Positions 35,430 through 50,246 are shown, counted from the first letter of the stretch. The stretch: 64,000 bases of DNA from Octopus sinensis (GCF_006345805.1 NC_043009.1:19592001-19656000), one strand, 5' to 3'. Notes: generated from the letters alone by a model not told the origin. A program made the numbers and translations.

Positions 35430-36830
35430 ACGATTCTCTCTCACACACTGTCTTGCAACGAGAAACACCTCCAGTCTTTGGTCCTCACGGCGCAGAACAT
35501 TGGCAAATTTTTTCTTATCTGCTTCCCCTCTGGCTAAATAAACCTGTCTCCTAGCTTCTCTTTTGGCAGTCTGATACAATTCCCTGCTACCCCCATTTTT
35601 CCAGACCTTCCAAGCCTGTCTCTTTTCTCTAATAGCCCTGTCTACAATATTGTTCCACCACCACGTTATTCTAGGTGAGAAGGGACTTTGCACCAGCCAC
35701 AGATCTGGTCAGTGGCTCTCAGCAGGTTGTCCCTTAGAAACGTCCAGTTGTCTTCTACCCCCCGTGATGCTCTATCCCCTTCTACTTGTCAAAGGCTTCA
35801 AGTAATATGTCCCTAAATCTCTGTCCATTTGCAGGATCTTTAAGCTTCCAGATCCTTCTTCTCCATATTGGTTGTCTTCTGGTTGTCCTCCTAGTCCTGA
35901 TCCTAAAGTCACTAACTACCAGTCTATGTTGTGGGGTACATTCTTCACCTGGAAGGTTTTGGCATTTATAAGCAGCCATCTCTCCCTTTGCCTTGCAAGG
36001 ATGTAGTCAATTTGGCTGGTATGTTGGCCCGATCGGTAAGTGACTAGGTGGCTGGTAGGTTTCCTGAAGTTAGTGTTGCAAATCATAAGATTATTTGCAT
36101 CGCAGAACTCCAGCAGCCTGGTTCCCTCCTCGTTGCGGGAGCCATAGCCATAGCCTCCATGTACGCCGTGGAAGCCCCCAGCATGTCGTCCAACGTGACC
36201 ATTGAAGTCACCAGCCACAAAGATAAGGTCTCTGTCGTTCGTCAACGAGGTACTCTGCAGTAGAGTGTCATAGAATCGGTCTTTCTGTCCATCGGGTAGC
36301 CCCGACTGAGGAGCATAGGCTGATATAATGGTTGCTAAACTATGATGAAGCACTAATCTAACCTTAAGTATTCTGTCACATACTCTGATTACCTCAATTA
36401 CTTTATCTACCCATTTCTCAGCGATAAGTATACCCACGCCACCAACCCCGTCAGTGTTCCCTGCCCAGAAAATCTTGTACCTGCGTTCCTTGCCTGTGAG
36501 GAACCTAGCTGATCCTCCTCTCCACCTTATTTCTTGCATGCAACATATATCCACACATCTCCGTTCAAGCATCTTGACTATCTCACCAGACCTACCTTTC
36601 AGTGTGCCAACGTGAGGGTGCCAACCCTGAGGTGTGGAGGCATGGGCTCTAGAGACCTGGGACGGTGGACAGTAGCTTCGTGTACCTGAAAAGAAAGCTC
36701 GCATTTGGCAGATTCATGTGCAAGTAATGAAGTGTAAAGTAGCCTTCAGTACAACCTGCATAACACTAGCCTTTCATATTTTGCACTGCATGAAATTACC
36801 TTACATAGGTCGAGACTAGGGGTAGGGAGG
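35430..36830 (-). mobile_element. RTE-clade LINE 5' part (APE endonuclease), truncated by the gap
   Basis: ORF 35916-36704: VGTLKGRS.EIV.MLERR.VDICCMQE.RW.G, YAPQ, GDFNGHVG, SQIDYIL, then QHRLVV and WWNNIVDRAIREKR. Probably the same type as the 1-1190 remnant. Confidence 0.9.
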
Positions 36831-36878
36831 GGTAGGGATGGTGAAAGAGCATTTGCAGTCTTCATGGGAGTAGATATG

Positions 36879-36917
<39 letters not shown>

Positions 36918-37353
36918 AAGAAATGAAGTTCGAAAATGCTGCTGTATTATACAATTTTTTAATTTTTATATATATACATTATAACATGTTTCAGTTCCTG
37001 AAATGAACCTTATCAAAAAAAGTTATATATAAAAAAGACAGCTCATGCCGTCAAACACAAGAATTCATTTATAATACACAACGGAGTCAGACATCTTAGA
37101 GTTCATGTATAGTTGATATATAGTTTGAAGTAAGTTCATTCATGCTATATTTTCAAAGTGTTCGATGCAGTGGCCCACGGTGGCGATACGTATTCAATAC
37201 AAAAAACAGATCAAGTGGTGGAAAGCGGTCAATACAAAGAAGATTGATTTTCCGAAAGAGCGAGGAATTCATTTTTACCTTAAGCAATTGTGATGACCCA
37301 TGGGGGATGTGTATGTGTATATATATTATATATATATATATATATCTATATAT

Positions 37354-37401
<48 letters not shown>

Positions 37402-37413
37402 AATATATTGTGT

Positions 37414-37453
<40 letters not shown>

Positions 37454-37462
37454 TGTGGTATG

Positions 37463-37494
<32 letters not shown>

Positions 37495-37865
37495 TATATG
37501 TATGTATATATATATATGTATATATGTATGTATATATATATACATGTATATATATATATATACATATATACCACATATATATATACATACATATATACAT
37601 GTATATATATATCATATATACATATATATATATATATACATATATAATACATACACACACACACATATATATATATTATATATACATACATATCTACATA
37701 TATATATATAATTTGAAACTGACTTATTGGAAGTCCACCTGAAGATTGTCGATCAAGACAAAAACAATTGTAGTGGCGGTTTTTTTTTGACTATTTATTA
37801 AAATTTTATGTATTGATTAAGTCTTTCCTTGTTTGTTTTGCAAAATAGTGGTTTTGTCTCTAATA

Positions 37866-37914
<49 letters not shown>

Positions 37915-37916
<2 letters not shown>

Positions 37917-38195
37917 AGGCTTAGTAAAATAAATTACTTTGCCGCATACTGAACTCATTAGAAATAGCAGCTAAAAAACTTTTTTAAAGCTATTTCTAAT
38001 ACTTAACGAAAATCTCTCTCATATATAGTGTTTGCTTAATTCAACTCACAAAAGTTTTGTGAGTTGAATTAAGCAAACACTATATATGAGAGAGATTTTC
38101 GTAAGTATTAGAAATAGCTTTAAAAAAGTTTTTTAGCTGCTATTTCTAATGAGTTCAGTATGCGGCAAAGTAATTTATTTTACTAAGCCCTTTTA
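37915..38195. repeat. Palindrome (~140-bp arms, 1-nt spacer at 38054) from the same family as 17541-18178; the right arm continues to ~38300
   Basis: ttcaactcacaaaa g ttttgtgagttgaa. Arms share gcttagtaaaataaattactttgcc.catactgaactcattagaaatagcagc, and the extension ttgaattcgcctt.aatggtccc..ccctcaattgttgaaatt is also shared. Confidence 0.9.
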
Positions 38196-38343
38196 TATAA
38201 TGTAATAATTTGAATTCGCCTTGAATGGTCCCTTTGCATACTGAACACTTGGTGAAATTGATTAATAATTAATTAATTTTGCCCTCAATTGTTGAAATTA
38301 TATATATATAGATATATATATATATATATATAATATATAATTA

Positions 38344-38386
<43 letters not shown>

Positions 38387-38769
38387 CATATCTACATATA
38401 TATATATACATATATATAATCGGAACGTTTGGAGATGATGTACAGGTATTTTATATTAGAAGAAATGAGGTACTCAGAAAATCGGATGGTTTATATTTAC
38501 AGATATTTATTTGTATATTACATTTTTTATACATCATATAACTTAGATCATGTATTAGCGCTTTCTCCCATTCTAGTGGGGTTTTCAAATCCTGTGTGAA
38601 AAGTTCTGACCATTTTATAGTGTTAGTGAGTTTGTAGTGGTGGGGAGGAATATAAGACAGTACAAGAGGATGATAGATGAGGAGAAAGTGAGAGAGAAAG
38701 AATTTCCTCTGGAACAACTCAATCACCATTTGTCCGAATTATGCACCACTCTTCACTCTTTACCTCATG

Positions 38770-39005
38770 ATAATTTTATAAATGAAACTCCCCCCTATAG
38801 ATGATACACAAGACAGCAATCCCTCCTCACTTACACTTTCTATTAAAAACCGCATTATCCACATATGGAATCAAAAACTTAAAGCCAGAAAATTTACTTT
38901 CTGGAATATGATTAAAAACAATCACAAGGCAGAAATCTACGAACGCTGGCTAAATTCTACACCAATAATTTTACCTCGCAAATTCCAAATTAAGCGTATC
39001 CCAGT
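38770..39005 (+). mobile_element. Possible Penelope-like element N-terminal ORF fragment
   Basis: IIHIWNQKLKARKFTFWNMIKNNHKAEIYERWLNSTPIILPRKFQIKRIP resembles regions I recall upstream of the RT in Penelope-like ORFs. No RT or GIY-YIG domain is present here. Confidence 0.35.
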
Positions 39006-40889
39006 CACTAGCTTTGAGATATATTTGATTAGCATTTTAAAATTGACCCTGGAAGTAGGAAAGCTTAAGTCGATTCAGAAGGTGAATGTACGGTACCTCA
39101 GCACAACCTAGCAGCCGATGTTTATGGTACCTCAAAACAGTAGATATGGTACCTTAATAGAGTGCTGTGGATGGTATTCCTACAATGCATCAGCATGTTG
39201 CTATTTTAAGATATTTTACTGTAGTGTACAATGTTGTACGTGCAAATGTCTTGGATTATATTGTCTCAAGAATCGTTTATTTCTTCAAGACGTTAAAATG
39301 TGATTTGAAGTAGGTTTGACTGCTATTTCTTACACGTCATGTGACTGCCTCTAGAGCGTTCCTCAACGTATTGGGACAAAAAAGGAGCACTGTTAGTGAA
39401 GTCCCTTTTCAGTTTCCTTCACTTCAGCTCTGATACAATAAAGTACCAGTTATATTTTGAGGTCGATTCAATCTGGCTCTTACAAAGCTACAGCCTAATG
39501 TTAGAGATCATCATTAAAATATATCTTAAACAATCCTAGGAGGATTATGTATAACGTAGCACTCAATACGGCGATTTGTGTAGAGTTGGGGGTAAAATGA
39601 CGGACAACCAATTTTGGGACACAGTTTTGTAAATATTTCACTCATTCCAAAATAGTCAAGACTATTGAAAAGGTTGCAAGACGCAACGAAAATTTTAGGA
39701 AAATAAAAATAAGAAAAAAGTGGAAATTTCACTGGTGAGTGTGTTGCATTATAAGGCACAAAAAGAAAATGACTCTCCCCAGACACAACAGAATATGCTT
39801 CAACACGCGAACTCATATAAAGAATCTTGCAAACCAAATCCAAAAACGAAATCCAAAAATATTTTTTTTAGGTGAAATTGATAGCCAAGATGATCTGTTG
39901 ACATGACTTAGTTTTAATCACGAAAAATCAAATAATTGTGTGTATTTCACGTGTTAATTAGCAAAGGAAACAAACGTCTATTAATTTCAAAATCAGGGAT
40001 TTAAAGTGTCTAAGGTAGAGAACTCAAACTGTATTAGTTGCTAAGTCTATGAGAGTTGTTTCCCTTGCATTAGTAAAAAAAAAATTCTGGTCGTTGCGGA
40101 TATTCTGTGAACATTGTGCAGAATGTATTTCTATGTGCTGGAGTAGTTTCCTCGTTTGACTGGGATTAATTAATTAAGCAGACAGCAGTTAGTTTGCATA
40201 AATATATAACTGAAAGGAGGATTAATATACCTCAATATAAACAAAGCCAAGAATGGATATAGTAACGAGTGTATATAAAACGAGACTGTCAGCTCGTATG
40301 GGTGAAGTTTAGACGTTTACAGGCGTTTCATGTGTGTATAAACCACATTTTGTAAACATCCGTTCACCTTGTTATCCGAAATAGATGCATCCAGGTCATC
40401 GGATTTATTGTATTTCGTTAGTTTGTGCTGGAGGAAATGAGAGAGGGCCATGGCCTTCACATTTATTGACAAATTAATGTCGTGATAATCACTGACTAAT
40501 TGTACTTTGCAGCAGAAAGACTCGAAAAAATTAAGATGATAAAGTTTAAAAAATAAACTATATTGAACAGAAGAAATACAAAAAATAAAATGTCAGTTAA
40601 CAGTAACTTAACCATTGGTTTTTCATGCAGATGGCATCTCTGAGTAATTAGGTTCATTTACTTCAAAATTTGCTGAAATAATTGAACTGTTTATTTAGAT
40701 TAGGCGGAAAAACGTGAAAAAAATCTTGCTTTATTATTTTGTTGGTGGACAAAAAGAATTGATTTATGGATCACAAACACACGTATGTTTGTGTGTGTGT
40801 GTGTGTGTGTATTTACGCGCGCGTGTGTGTGTATATATATATATGTATATGTATTTATGTGTGCGTTCATATGTATATATATTTATGTA

Positions 40890-40964
<75 letters not shown>

Positions 40965-41002
40965 GTATATACACACATACTACATATATACTCATATAAA
41001 TA

Positions 41003-41052
<50 letters not shown>

Positions 41053-41062
41053 TATATATGTA

Positions 41063-42660
41063 CAGTTGCGGCCAAAATGTTCAGAACGGCATTCTTTTCG
41101 CCAGAAAAGTAGGTATAAGTTTTTAACCAAAGTTGTTTTATATTCTATAATTTTCATACACAATAAATACGATATAAATTGTTATTATCTGAGATTTTGG
41201 TGTAATTTGAGAGGATAATACAAAAGTTATGGATGATTTAGTAATTTACTGCAAAACCCATGGCGGTCAAAATGATCAGAACGGTTGCTTTTACTCCGTG
41301 TTTTAGTATATTTAACTGGCGAACTCTAATGTTTTGAATTTGTTTACGTGATGGTTCGTTTACTCAACATTAGTAAGAATATCTGCAGTGTACTTTGTTA
41401 ATATAATGCCACTTACTCCGTTACCAATTCGTCAGCAGATTATTAAGCTTCGAAAGAAGGATAATTTAAGTATTGGGTCTATTGCAAAGATTGTTAACAA
41501 GTCTTGTTCACGGTATTCTTAAGGTCTTCGATGATTGTGGTTCATGTGAAGCAAGAAAGTCTACAGGTAGGCCAAGTAAAACGACCAAGAGAGAAGATCG
41601 TGCTATGGTAAAGTTGGTTAAAAAGGACAGATTTAAAACTGCTGCTGCTGTTTTTCGGGAAATGAGCATTGTACCGAAGAAAACTTTATCTCGAAAAACT
41701 GTGTCTCATCGTTTAGCAAGATCACCTGCAGTGAAGCCACTGATCAGCTCCAAAAATAAAAAGTGTCGTCTTACCTTTGCAACCGAACATGTGTTGTGGT
41801 CTCAAGAAAAATGGCAAACGGTGCATTTCAGTGATGAATCTAAGTTTATGTTATTTAGCTCAGATGGGAAAAGGTACGTTCGTTGAAAAGTAGGTGAAAA
41901 ATTGTCGCCTAAATGCCTTAAGACTAGTGTTAAATTCGGTGGAGGAAGTGTCATGGTTTGGGGGATGATATCTGGAGATGTTGTGGGCTCTTTGGTGCGA
42001 TTACATGGAAAGGTAAATGCAGGAGTTTATAAACAACTTGTAAAAGATCATGTCTTGCCTGTGCTGAGAAATTCAACTAAGCGACCACCCATATTCATGC
42101 GGGACAATGCCCCATGTCACAAGGTGGTCATGAACTTCCTCAAGGCTGAAAAGGTTATTACCATGGATTGGCCTGCTCAAAGCCCAGATCTCAATCCTAT
42201 TGAAAATGTGTGGAATATTCTAGGAGAACGTTTGAAAGCCAGAAATCCTAAAACAACCGAGCAATTATGGAATGCCCTTCAGGAAGAATGGAATAAGATC
42301 ACCTAGCAAGAAATTGAAAATTTAATTTCCTCATGCAGTTGAAGATGTTAAAGTGTGATTGAAGCTTAAGGGCTTCACACTAAATATGAAATAATTCCAG
42401 TATTCTCTGTCATTTTTGATTATTTTGTTATTTTTTCAAACGTTCTGATCATTTTGACCGCCATGGGTTTTGCAGTAAATCACTAAATCATCCATAACTT
42501 TTGTATTATCCTCTCAAATTACACCAAAATCTCAGACAATAACAATTTATATCGTATTTATTGTGTGTGAAAATTATAGAACATAAAACAACTTTGATAA
42601 AAACTTATACCTACTTTTCTGGCGAAAAGAATGCCGTTCTGAACATTTTGGCCGCAACTG
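41063..42660 (+). mobile_element. Complete Tc1 DNA transposon of IR/DR type, defective transposase (~41406-42390)
   Basis: ~220-bp TIRs (41063-41283 and 42441-42660), TA duplications, and HFSDESKF / FMRDNAPCH / WPAQSPDLNPIEN motifs; frameshift and nonsense codons. Confidence 0.97.
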
Positions 42661-42796
42661 TATATGTATATGTATTCTATACCATGCGCGCGCGCGCACA
42701 CACAGACACATGTATACATGTGTATATATGCATAGATGTATATTTGTATACACACTCACACACACACATACATATAAATCCTCGGTCGAGTAACAC

Positions 42797-43000
42797 CGTC
42801 CATATATCTCCACGTGTGTAGATGGAGGCTTGGGCAAGATTTCCGAGGAAGGCCAGAAGTGACCCGTATAATGAGTCTGCTCCTCTCCATTCCACCAATA
42901 TTTGGCCATTGAGATGCCGGTACATCTTGGCACCAATGTAGTTGCAGGTGTTGTTGTTAGAACACAAAAAGCAGGAACTCTCCCGATCCTGCGGCAGTTC
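42797..43000 (-). CDS. Candidate host coding exon (frame and donor uncertain)
   Basis: Acceptor ctttccgatattttgcag|GAACTG at 43001/43000. GC-rich unique block with two open minus frames (ELPQDRESSCFLC... and NCRRIGRVPAFC...YWWNGEEQTHYTGHFWPSSE...). Donors are weak (GTGTTA at 42796 or GTATGT at 42771). Confidence 0.4.
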
Positions 43001-43213
43001 CTGCAAAATATCGGAAAGCCCGGAAGGTACAGTTGACCTCGACCAGATTTGAACTCAAAATGCCAAGACAGAACGAATATAGTGGAGTATACTACTATCT
43101 CATGGTCTAACGACACGGCTACTGCCTTGCTAGAAATGGTAAAGCTCAAATATAGAATCATTGGGAAAATCTGGATAATAGGAGACTCACAAATATGAAT
43201 GTCGACAAATTTA

Positions 43214-43270
<57 letters not shown>

Positions 43271-43334
43271 ATATATATATATATATATAGGCACATACAC
43301 ACACACATGTATGTTATTATTATCATTATTATTA

Positions 43335-43790
43335 TTAAGGCAGCGGGTTGGCAGAATCGTTAGAACAACGGGAAAAATGCTCAGCTGCATTTCGTCTGTC
43401 TTTACGTTCTGAGTTCAAATTCCGCCGAGGTCGACTTTGCCTTTCATCCTTTCGGGGTCGATAAGTTAAGTACTAGTTGCGTACTGGTGTCGATCTAATC
43501 GACTGGCCACCTACCCACGAAAATTTTGGGTCTTGTGCCTTTAGAAGAAAGTATTATTATTATTATTAAGGCACCGGCTTGGCAAAATTGTTAGCACGCC
43601 GGGCAAAATGCTTAGCGGCATTTCGTCCGTCTTAAAGACGTTCTGAGTTCAAATTCCGCCGCGGTCGACTTTACCTTTCATCCTTTCTGGGTCGATAAAA
43701 TAAGTGCAAGTTGATCCCTTGGCTCGATGTAATCGATCTGCCTCCCCTAAAAAATTCCAGGCCTTGTGCCTTTATCAGAAAAGGATTAGT
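43335..43790 (+). mobile_element. Two adjacent copies of the second SINE family separated by (ATT)n
   Basis: aaggcagcgggttggcagaatcgttag...gtcgactttgcctttcatcctttcggggtcgataag (43335-43555), repeated at 43565-43790. Confidence 0.9.
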
Positions 43791-44218
43791 ATTTTTATCT
43801 GAAGTCAGTCGTCGCGGCTGCAACTCTTCATGGCTTCGGCAAGACGTAATAAGCTTCCTCCATAACGATGATCGGCTTTTCGCTTGAGTTTGCCATTTCT
43901 TCTGTTAGATTCCTTTCCACACATGTATGTATATATACACACATATATTTATATATACATGTATGTATGTATGTATGTATGTATGTATGTATGTATGTAT
44001 GTATGTATGTATGTATGTATGTATGTATGTATGTATGTATCTAAATATATACATGCATATATATTCATACTTGAAAATTGAGATGTGCAGATCTCGATCC
44101 TCGCTAGGTGTCCCTTAATGCTAAAATACTACAAAAGCATGGAGTAGCCCATCAGATTAATAAAGAATTGTTTTTATTATAACTGAACATAAAAACAAAC
44201 ATCAATATATATATATAT

Positions 44219-44796
44219 ATGACTATTTAATTTTTTTCCCGCTGGGCCGCTGGTGGCAATAAAATTCTACAAAATTTTCCTTGCCACCCTATATTGATTA
44301 ATTATGAATTTTTTGGTTAATTCCGTAATGGAATCGACGGCTGATATTTATTTGCTGCCGATAAATTTGGCGCGAGTGCGACGATTTGAAAATTTTAGGT
44401 CAGATATTGACTTGGCAAGATTGGGTATGCCTCGTGTATATATCTGCTCCGACCTGAGCTATTTCTTGCTGAAGAATCCGAGGGCTTATGGAAGATTGGC
44501 TTGATTTAATTTAATCAGGTTAGCTTACCATTAAACAGCGGATGAAACGGTATACCGTACAAGAAATTACAGGGTAAATGTTTTTTTAATTTTCTCCTGT
44601 TTACGGAATTAATCTTTATTTGCGGTAGAAGCTTTGGCTGTTATTTCTAGTGGGTGAATGGCCTATTATGGCCGTTCCTTAATTGTTAATGTTGAACTAA
44701 AAATGGTCTATGACTATTTAATTTTTTTCCCGCTGGGCCGCTGGTGGCAATAAAATTCTACAAAATTTTCCTTGCCACCCTATATTGATTAATTAT
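44219..44796 (+). mobile_element. Retrozyme-like element: ~491-bp unit plus an ~86-bp terminal direct repeat, embedded in (TA)n
   Basis: atgactatttaatttttttcccgctgggccgctggtggc...ccaccctatattgattaattat at ~44219-44305 and ~44710-44796, with an internal hammerhead. Confidence 0.8.
44461..44567 (+). ncRNA. Canonical type I hammerhead ribozyme
   Basis: Helix I ATTTCTTG/CAAGAAAT (8 bp), core CTGAAGA (44469-44475) and GAAA (44544-44547), helix II closed by ATCCG/CGGAT with a long hairpin, helix III ACGGTATACCGT (perfect palindrome), triplet GTA. Confidence 0.88.
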
Positions 44797-45820
<1,024 letters not shown>

Positions 45821-45949
45821 TACACGTGTGCGCACGCACACACACGCACACACACACGCACGCACGCACATACACACATACGCACACTCACGCAAATGAA
45901 AATGTGAAAGAAAACATTTAAAATTTACTGAATCGGTTTGTGCGGTGAA

Positions 45950-46255
45950 GAAGGGCGTTTTAGAAGCTCAGTCCCAGGTTCAGTCCTACTGCGCGGCACC
46001 TTGGGCAAGTGTCTTCTGCTATAACACCAATCGATCAGAGCCTTGTGAGTGAATTTGATAAACGGAAACTCAAAGAAGCCCGTCGTACATGTGTATGTAT
46101 ATGTATATATATGTATATAAGTGTGTGTGCTCGTCTTTGTGAATGTGTTTGTCCTCCACCGCCGCTTGGTAACCGGTGTTGGTGTTTTTACGTCCCCGTA
46201 ACTTAGTAGTTCGGCAAAAGAAACGGATGGAATAAATACCAGGCTTTAAAAGAAA
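45950..46255 (+). mobile_element. tRNA-derived SINE (abundant family)
   Basis: cccaggttcagtcctactgcgcggcaccttgggcaagtgtcttctgctata...aagaagcccgtcg...agttcggcaaaagaaacggatggaataaatacc. Confidence 0.8.
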
Positions 46256-47977
46256 GCCAGCATGACTGAAACGCATGAAAGCGAAATTCTGCTCTTCCGA
46301 ACTAAAAAATTTCACGAAAAGAAATGGAAATTTATTTTATTGTTTATTTTTGTGAATAATTCGTAAAATTTGTGGAAGTTTTTCCGATGAAAATTTTCCA
46401 AGGAAATGGAACGGGTGATAGGAGGATACGGATGTAAAAAAAAAAAATGGAATTGTTGCTATAAAGGAAAAAAAATAATATCAGTTTGAGCGAGTAAGTG
46501 TTGAGTTGTTAATTAAAAGAAAAAAAAAATTAATTAGAGCGGCGGAGTTGGTGGAAGGGGTGGGGGAATTGGAGGTGGCTACAGAACGTCGCCAAAGCAT
46601 ATTTATTTTAAGAAATGTAAGAGTTTGTTCCCCTTAACCAGGACTTTTACCATTTTAAACCTGGCTTCTTGGAATGGTAAACCTGTGGTGGAATTGAAAA
46701 AAATATCAAAATTATTGAGTCAAGGTCAAAGGTAAATTACAGGAATGGTTTCTATGAGTTTAAATTTTTGGCAGTGGGAGACATGGCGGTGGATATCGTC
46801 CTCAGGATATTACTGGTATTATATTTTATTAATCCTGAACGGATGAAAGACAACGGACCTTCTGATTATTTAGATTTCTGCTACAACTATTCCAATCCCA
46901 TCTAGGGTGCTGTAGAAAAATATTAAATTGACCTCAGTATTTTACTGGTACCTCTAAGAACCAACATGACAAACTGTAGGTAGTAGTAGTCTTAGCCTTC
47001 AATTATTATTTCAAAGACATCTAAGAGACTCCATAAATATACTAAATAGACCCAAGTAGATAACTGGTATTTTATGAGCCCGGGAAGGATGAAAAGGAAA
47101 GTTGATTTCGATGGGATTTGAACGGAGAAGATTCGAGGTCGGAACTAAATACCGTAAGACATTTTCTATCATGCTGTAATGATTCATAATGTACCATTTT
47201 TACAGATATCACCACCCCTTCTTCTTCTTCTTCTTCTTCTTCTTCTTCTTCTTCTTCTTCTTCTTCTTCTTGTCTTTCATCGAATGTCCCTCACCCCACG
47301 ATCTAATGCCACTTATTCCAGTGTTGTGCTTTGCCATCGTGGTTTGAATTTACCAAACAGTCGAGACAATCCAGCATGATGACCACTACATCTATATGCA
47401 TCTAAACATCACAGTAACATCAAGGAAGGAGAGATCAAACCTACAATCATATAAGGGTCATTTTAACAGCTCCTCAGAGCCTCTACCCACAGGCAAAGCA
47501 ATGCTCTACAAATTCAGCCGCATTATACACAGACGAGTAGAAGTCCCTTAAACCCATAAGGCCTAATTGTCCTCATGCTTTAAGATTGTACCCGAGTGGC
47601 AGCCCTTCGGCCATGCTAGCCCCCCGGTCATGCCGGCCCCTACTTTATCTCCAGTATTGCCCTGATTCAGCTGAGTGGACAACGAATGTATATTCTTGTC
47701 ATATACGAGTCTGATACATACGTACATACATACATACATACATACATACATACATACATACATACATACATACATACATACATACATACATACATACATA
47801 CATGCATATACACATACATATATACATACATACATGTATGCATGCATACACACATACGTACATACATACATACATACATGCATGCATGCATGCATACATG
47901 CATGCATACATACATACATATATACGTACACACATACTTACATGCACGCATACGTACACACATACATACGTAAAGCA

Positions 47978-48028
<51 letters not shown>

Positions 48029-48759
48029 GCGCGCACATACACACACACTCCTGATAAACAGGTGTATATACCAAAAGAGTGAATATCATTGATGATCCCG
48101 AGGTCCAGGCTAAACTAATCCTGTTTTTTTTTTTTTAGTTTTAAGCTCGGATAATTTTACTTAATATACATCATTGTTGATATTTAGTTAGTCCTGATCG
48201 AACATATCTATAGTCGAAAGCATTCCACCCATGACTATCCCGTTTTTTTCATATGTAGTAGAAAGCCAAGTCAACTTTTTCCAGCAACTAAATCTCTAAA
48301 GCGGTGAGGTGTAATTTGAGTGAGATTCGACAGCTATCTCTTGCAGGTCAAGAGACCCCGTAGAAGCTGAGTCTCCGGTGTTGTTTCGTACGTAGTTTCC
48401 AGGCTGAGAGTTGCTCGCACGCTGACTGGATCGAACTACACAGTCCATCTTTCCCAATGTTCCTCTGACTGTTTGACTTCCTTATTTGAGCCTGGCATTA
48501 ATATTCAAAATATCCGTAAGAGAGGCATGAACACCACCTTAACTTATTGACTTACCTCCCAAGCTTTCTTTAGACAAATATGACTGAAGCACCATCACTA
48601 CCAGACAGATACCCGTAATGTATTGAGGGTTATCAACTAGTTGTACGATGGATGTTATTATAACAAGTTGTACGCTGTCAGACAAACTATAAAGCAAATT
48701 TTCTATACATTATACGGATTCAATTTAAACCCACAAAAACCTTTGTTTCTCTGTGTAGC

Positions 48760-49460
48760 TCTTTCCGTTCGTCCTTCTCACAACTCCACCGTGTCTCAGG
48801 ATTCTGTTTTGCGTTCCTCCGTCACTATTTTCCTTTTGCACATCAACAACCTCGACGCCGCCACGTCCATCAACTCCAAGACCTGCTCAATGGCAATTCT
48901 TTATTTTTCCTTAACCTCCCCCAATGACATGCCATCCACTCACCAGAAACACGCATCGAATCCACGAAGCGAGACACCGAAAACATCTTCCACTGGTTCA
49001 GAAAATCAAGACATTAATATCAAGTAAACATTTTCCTCGCACCTTCACCCGATTAATCTTGAGGTACCCGAACCGAGAGCCTTTGCAATAGATCCAGATG
49101 CTGGCAATGCCCAACGATCTCTCTGACCGAGAAAGACGTCCTTTAACTCAGCAAGAACCACTTTCGATGACTGTGAAACTCAGTCCAGCTCTTCAATGGA
49201 GGATTACTTTCTGGGGACTGAGAAACCTGCTGCATACACAGAAACCTTTGGTCGCATCCAGAAAAGAAGGCCACCCGACTAACTGGCATAAAGCCACTCA
49301 CAAGCACGCTCCAACGTCTTCACCAGAGGCACGCTCTCTCCTCTCACTGACTTTCCTACTCTTACTACAACCACCTCTACATTTCGTTGTTTGGTTTAAC
49401 GCCACCCCCACCATTCCGGTATTCCCGCCCTTTGCAGGAGTTGACTTGTAAAGATATCGA
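48760..49460 (+). mobile_element. Heavily decayed CR1/Jockey-type LINE RT fragment
   Basis: VSQDSVLRSSVTIFLLHINNL resembles the GVPQGSVL.P.LFL..INDL motif; the rest is frameshifted. Confidence 0.5.
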
Positions 49461-49523
49461 CACTTCCCCCTTCTCTTAAACCTACAACGTAAGACACACA
49501 CACACATGTCAATCAATCAATCA

Positions 49524-49614
<91 letters not shown>

Positions 49615-50176
49615 GCAGATATTGCCCCGCCACCTTCCTTTAACTGGGAAGGCAAGGCAGTTTTCACCGTACTGGTGGCTATTGCGAAAAAATGTGTATG
49701 GTGGACTCGTTTGAAAGGCTTAGAGAGAAATGCTTACCTCTCTGGCCAACCTCTCATCAACTTTTTCAGGTATTACTTGAAAAGGAAGGTACGAGCAGAG
49801 AAGGAAGTTTTGTCTAATGAAAGGTTTAATAAAAGGCGGGTGAATGTAGCAAAGATGGTGCGCATGAAAGGCGGAACCACTTTGAGCATGAACCTATAAA
49901 ACAAAAGGAGAAAGAGAGCACTTTGCTTTCATATTGTTTCCTCTTTTCCCGAGGTTACCGTGGTTGCTTTTCGTAGGGTTTTCTCTCCACGGATAACTCT
50001 AGTCAGTATTATATTTTTACCCCCTTTTGTGAATTTAAGTTTTTAGGAATTTAAGTTAAAAACGACACCTAATTGAGTACACACTCCAAAACGTCTTTCG
50101 ATCCCCATTGATCGGTTTCGAAAAGAAAAATCATATATGGTGTTGTCCCCTCTGTGTTCGGTCCTGTGTGGCTAAA
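49615..50176 (+). mobile_element. 5'-truncated Tx1-clade LINE (3' end), related to 54187-59978
   Basis: MAIAKKCVWWTRLKGLERNAYLSGQPLINFFRYYLKRK..LSMNL parallels the end of ORF2 at 59470-59692. Similar 3' terminus ccctgtgtggcta; flanked by (TATC)n and (TATG)n(TATC)n. Confidence 0.88.
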
Positions 50177-50246
50177 TCTATGTATGTATGTATGTATGTA
50201 TGTATGTATGTATGTATGTATGTATGTATGTATGTATGTATGTATG

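Noticed and set aside
37140-37260. RT-like FKVFDAVAH motif
   Set aside because: Too short, with no other RT motifs nearby.
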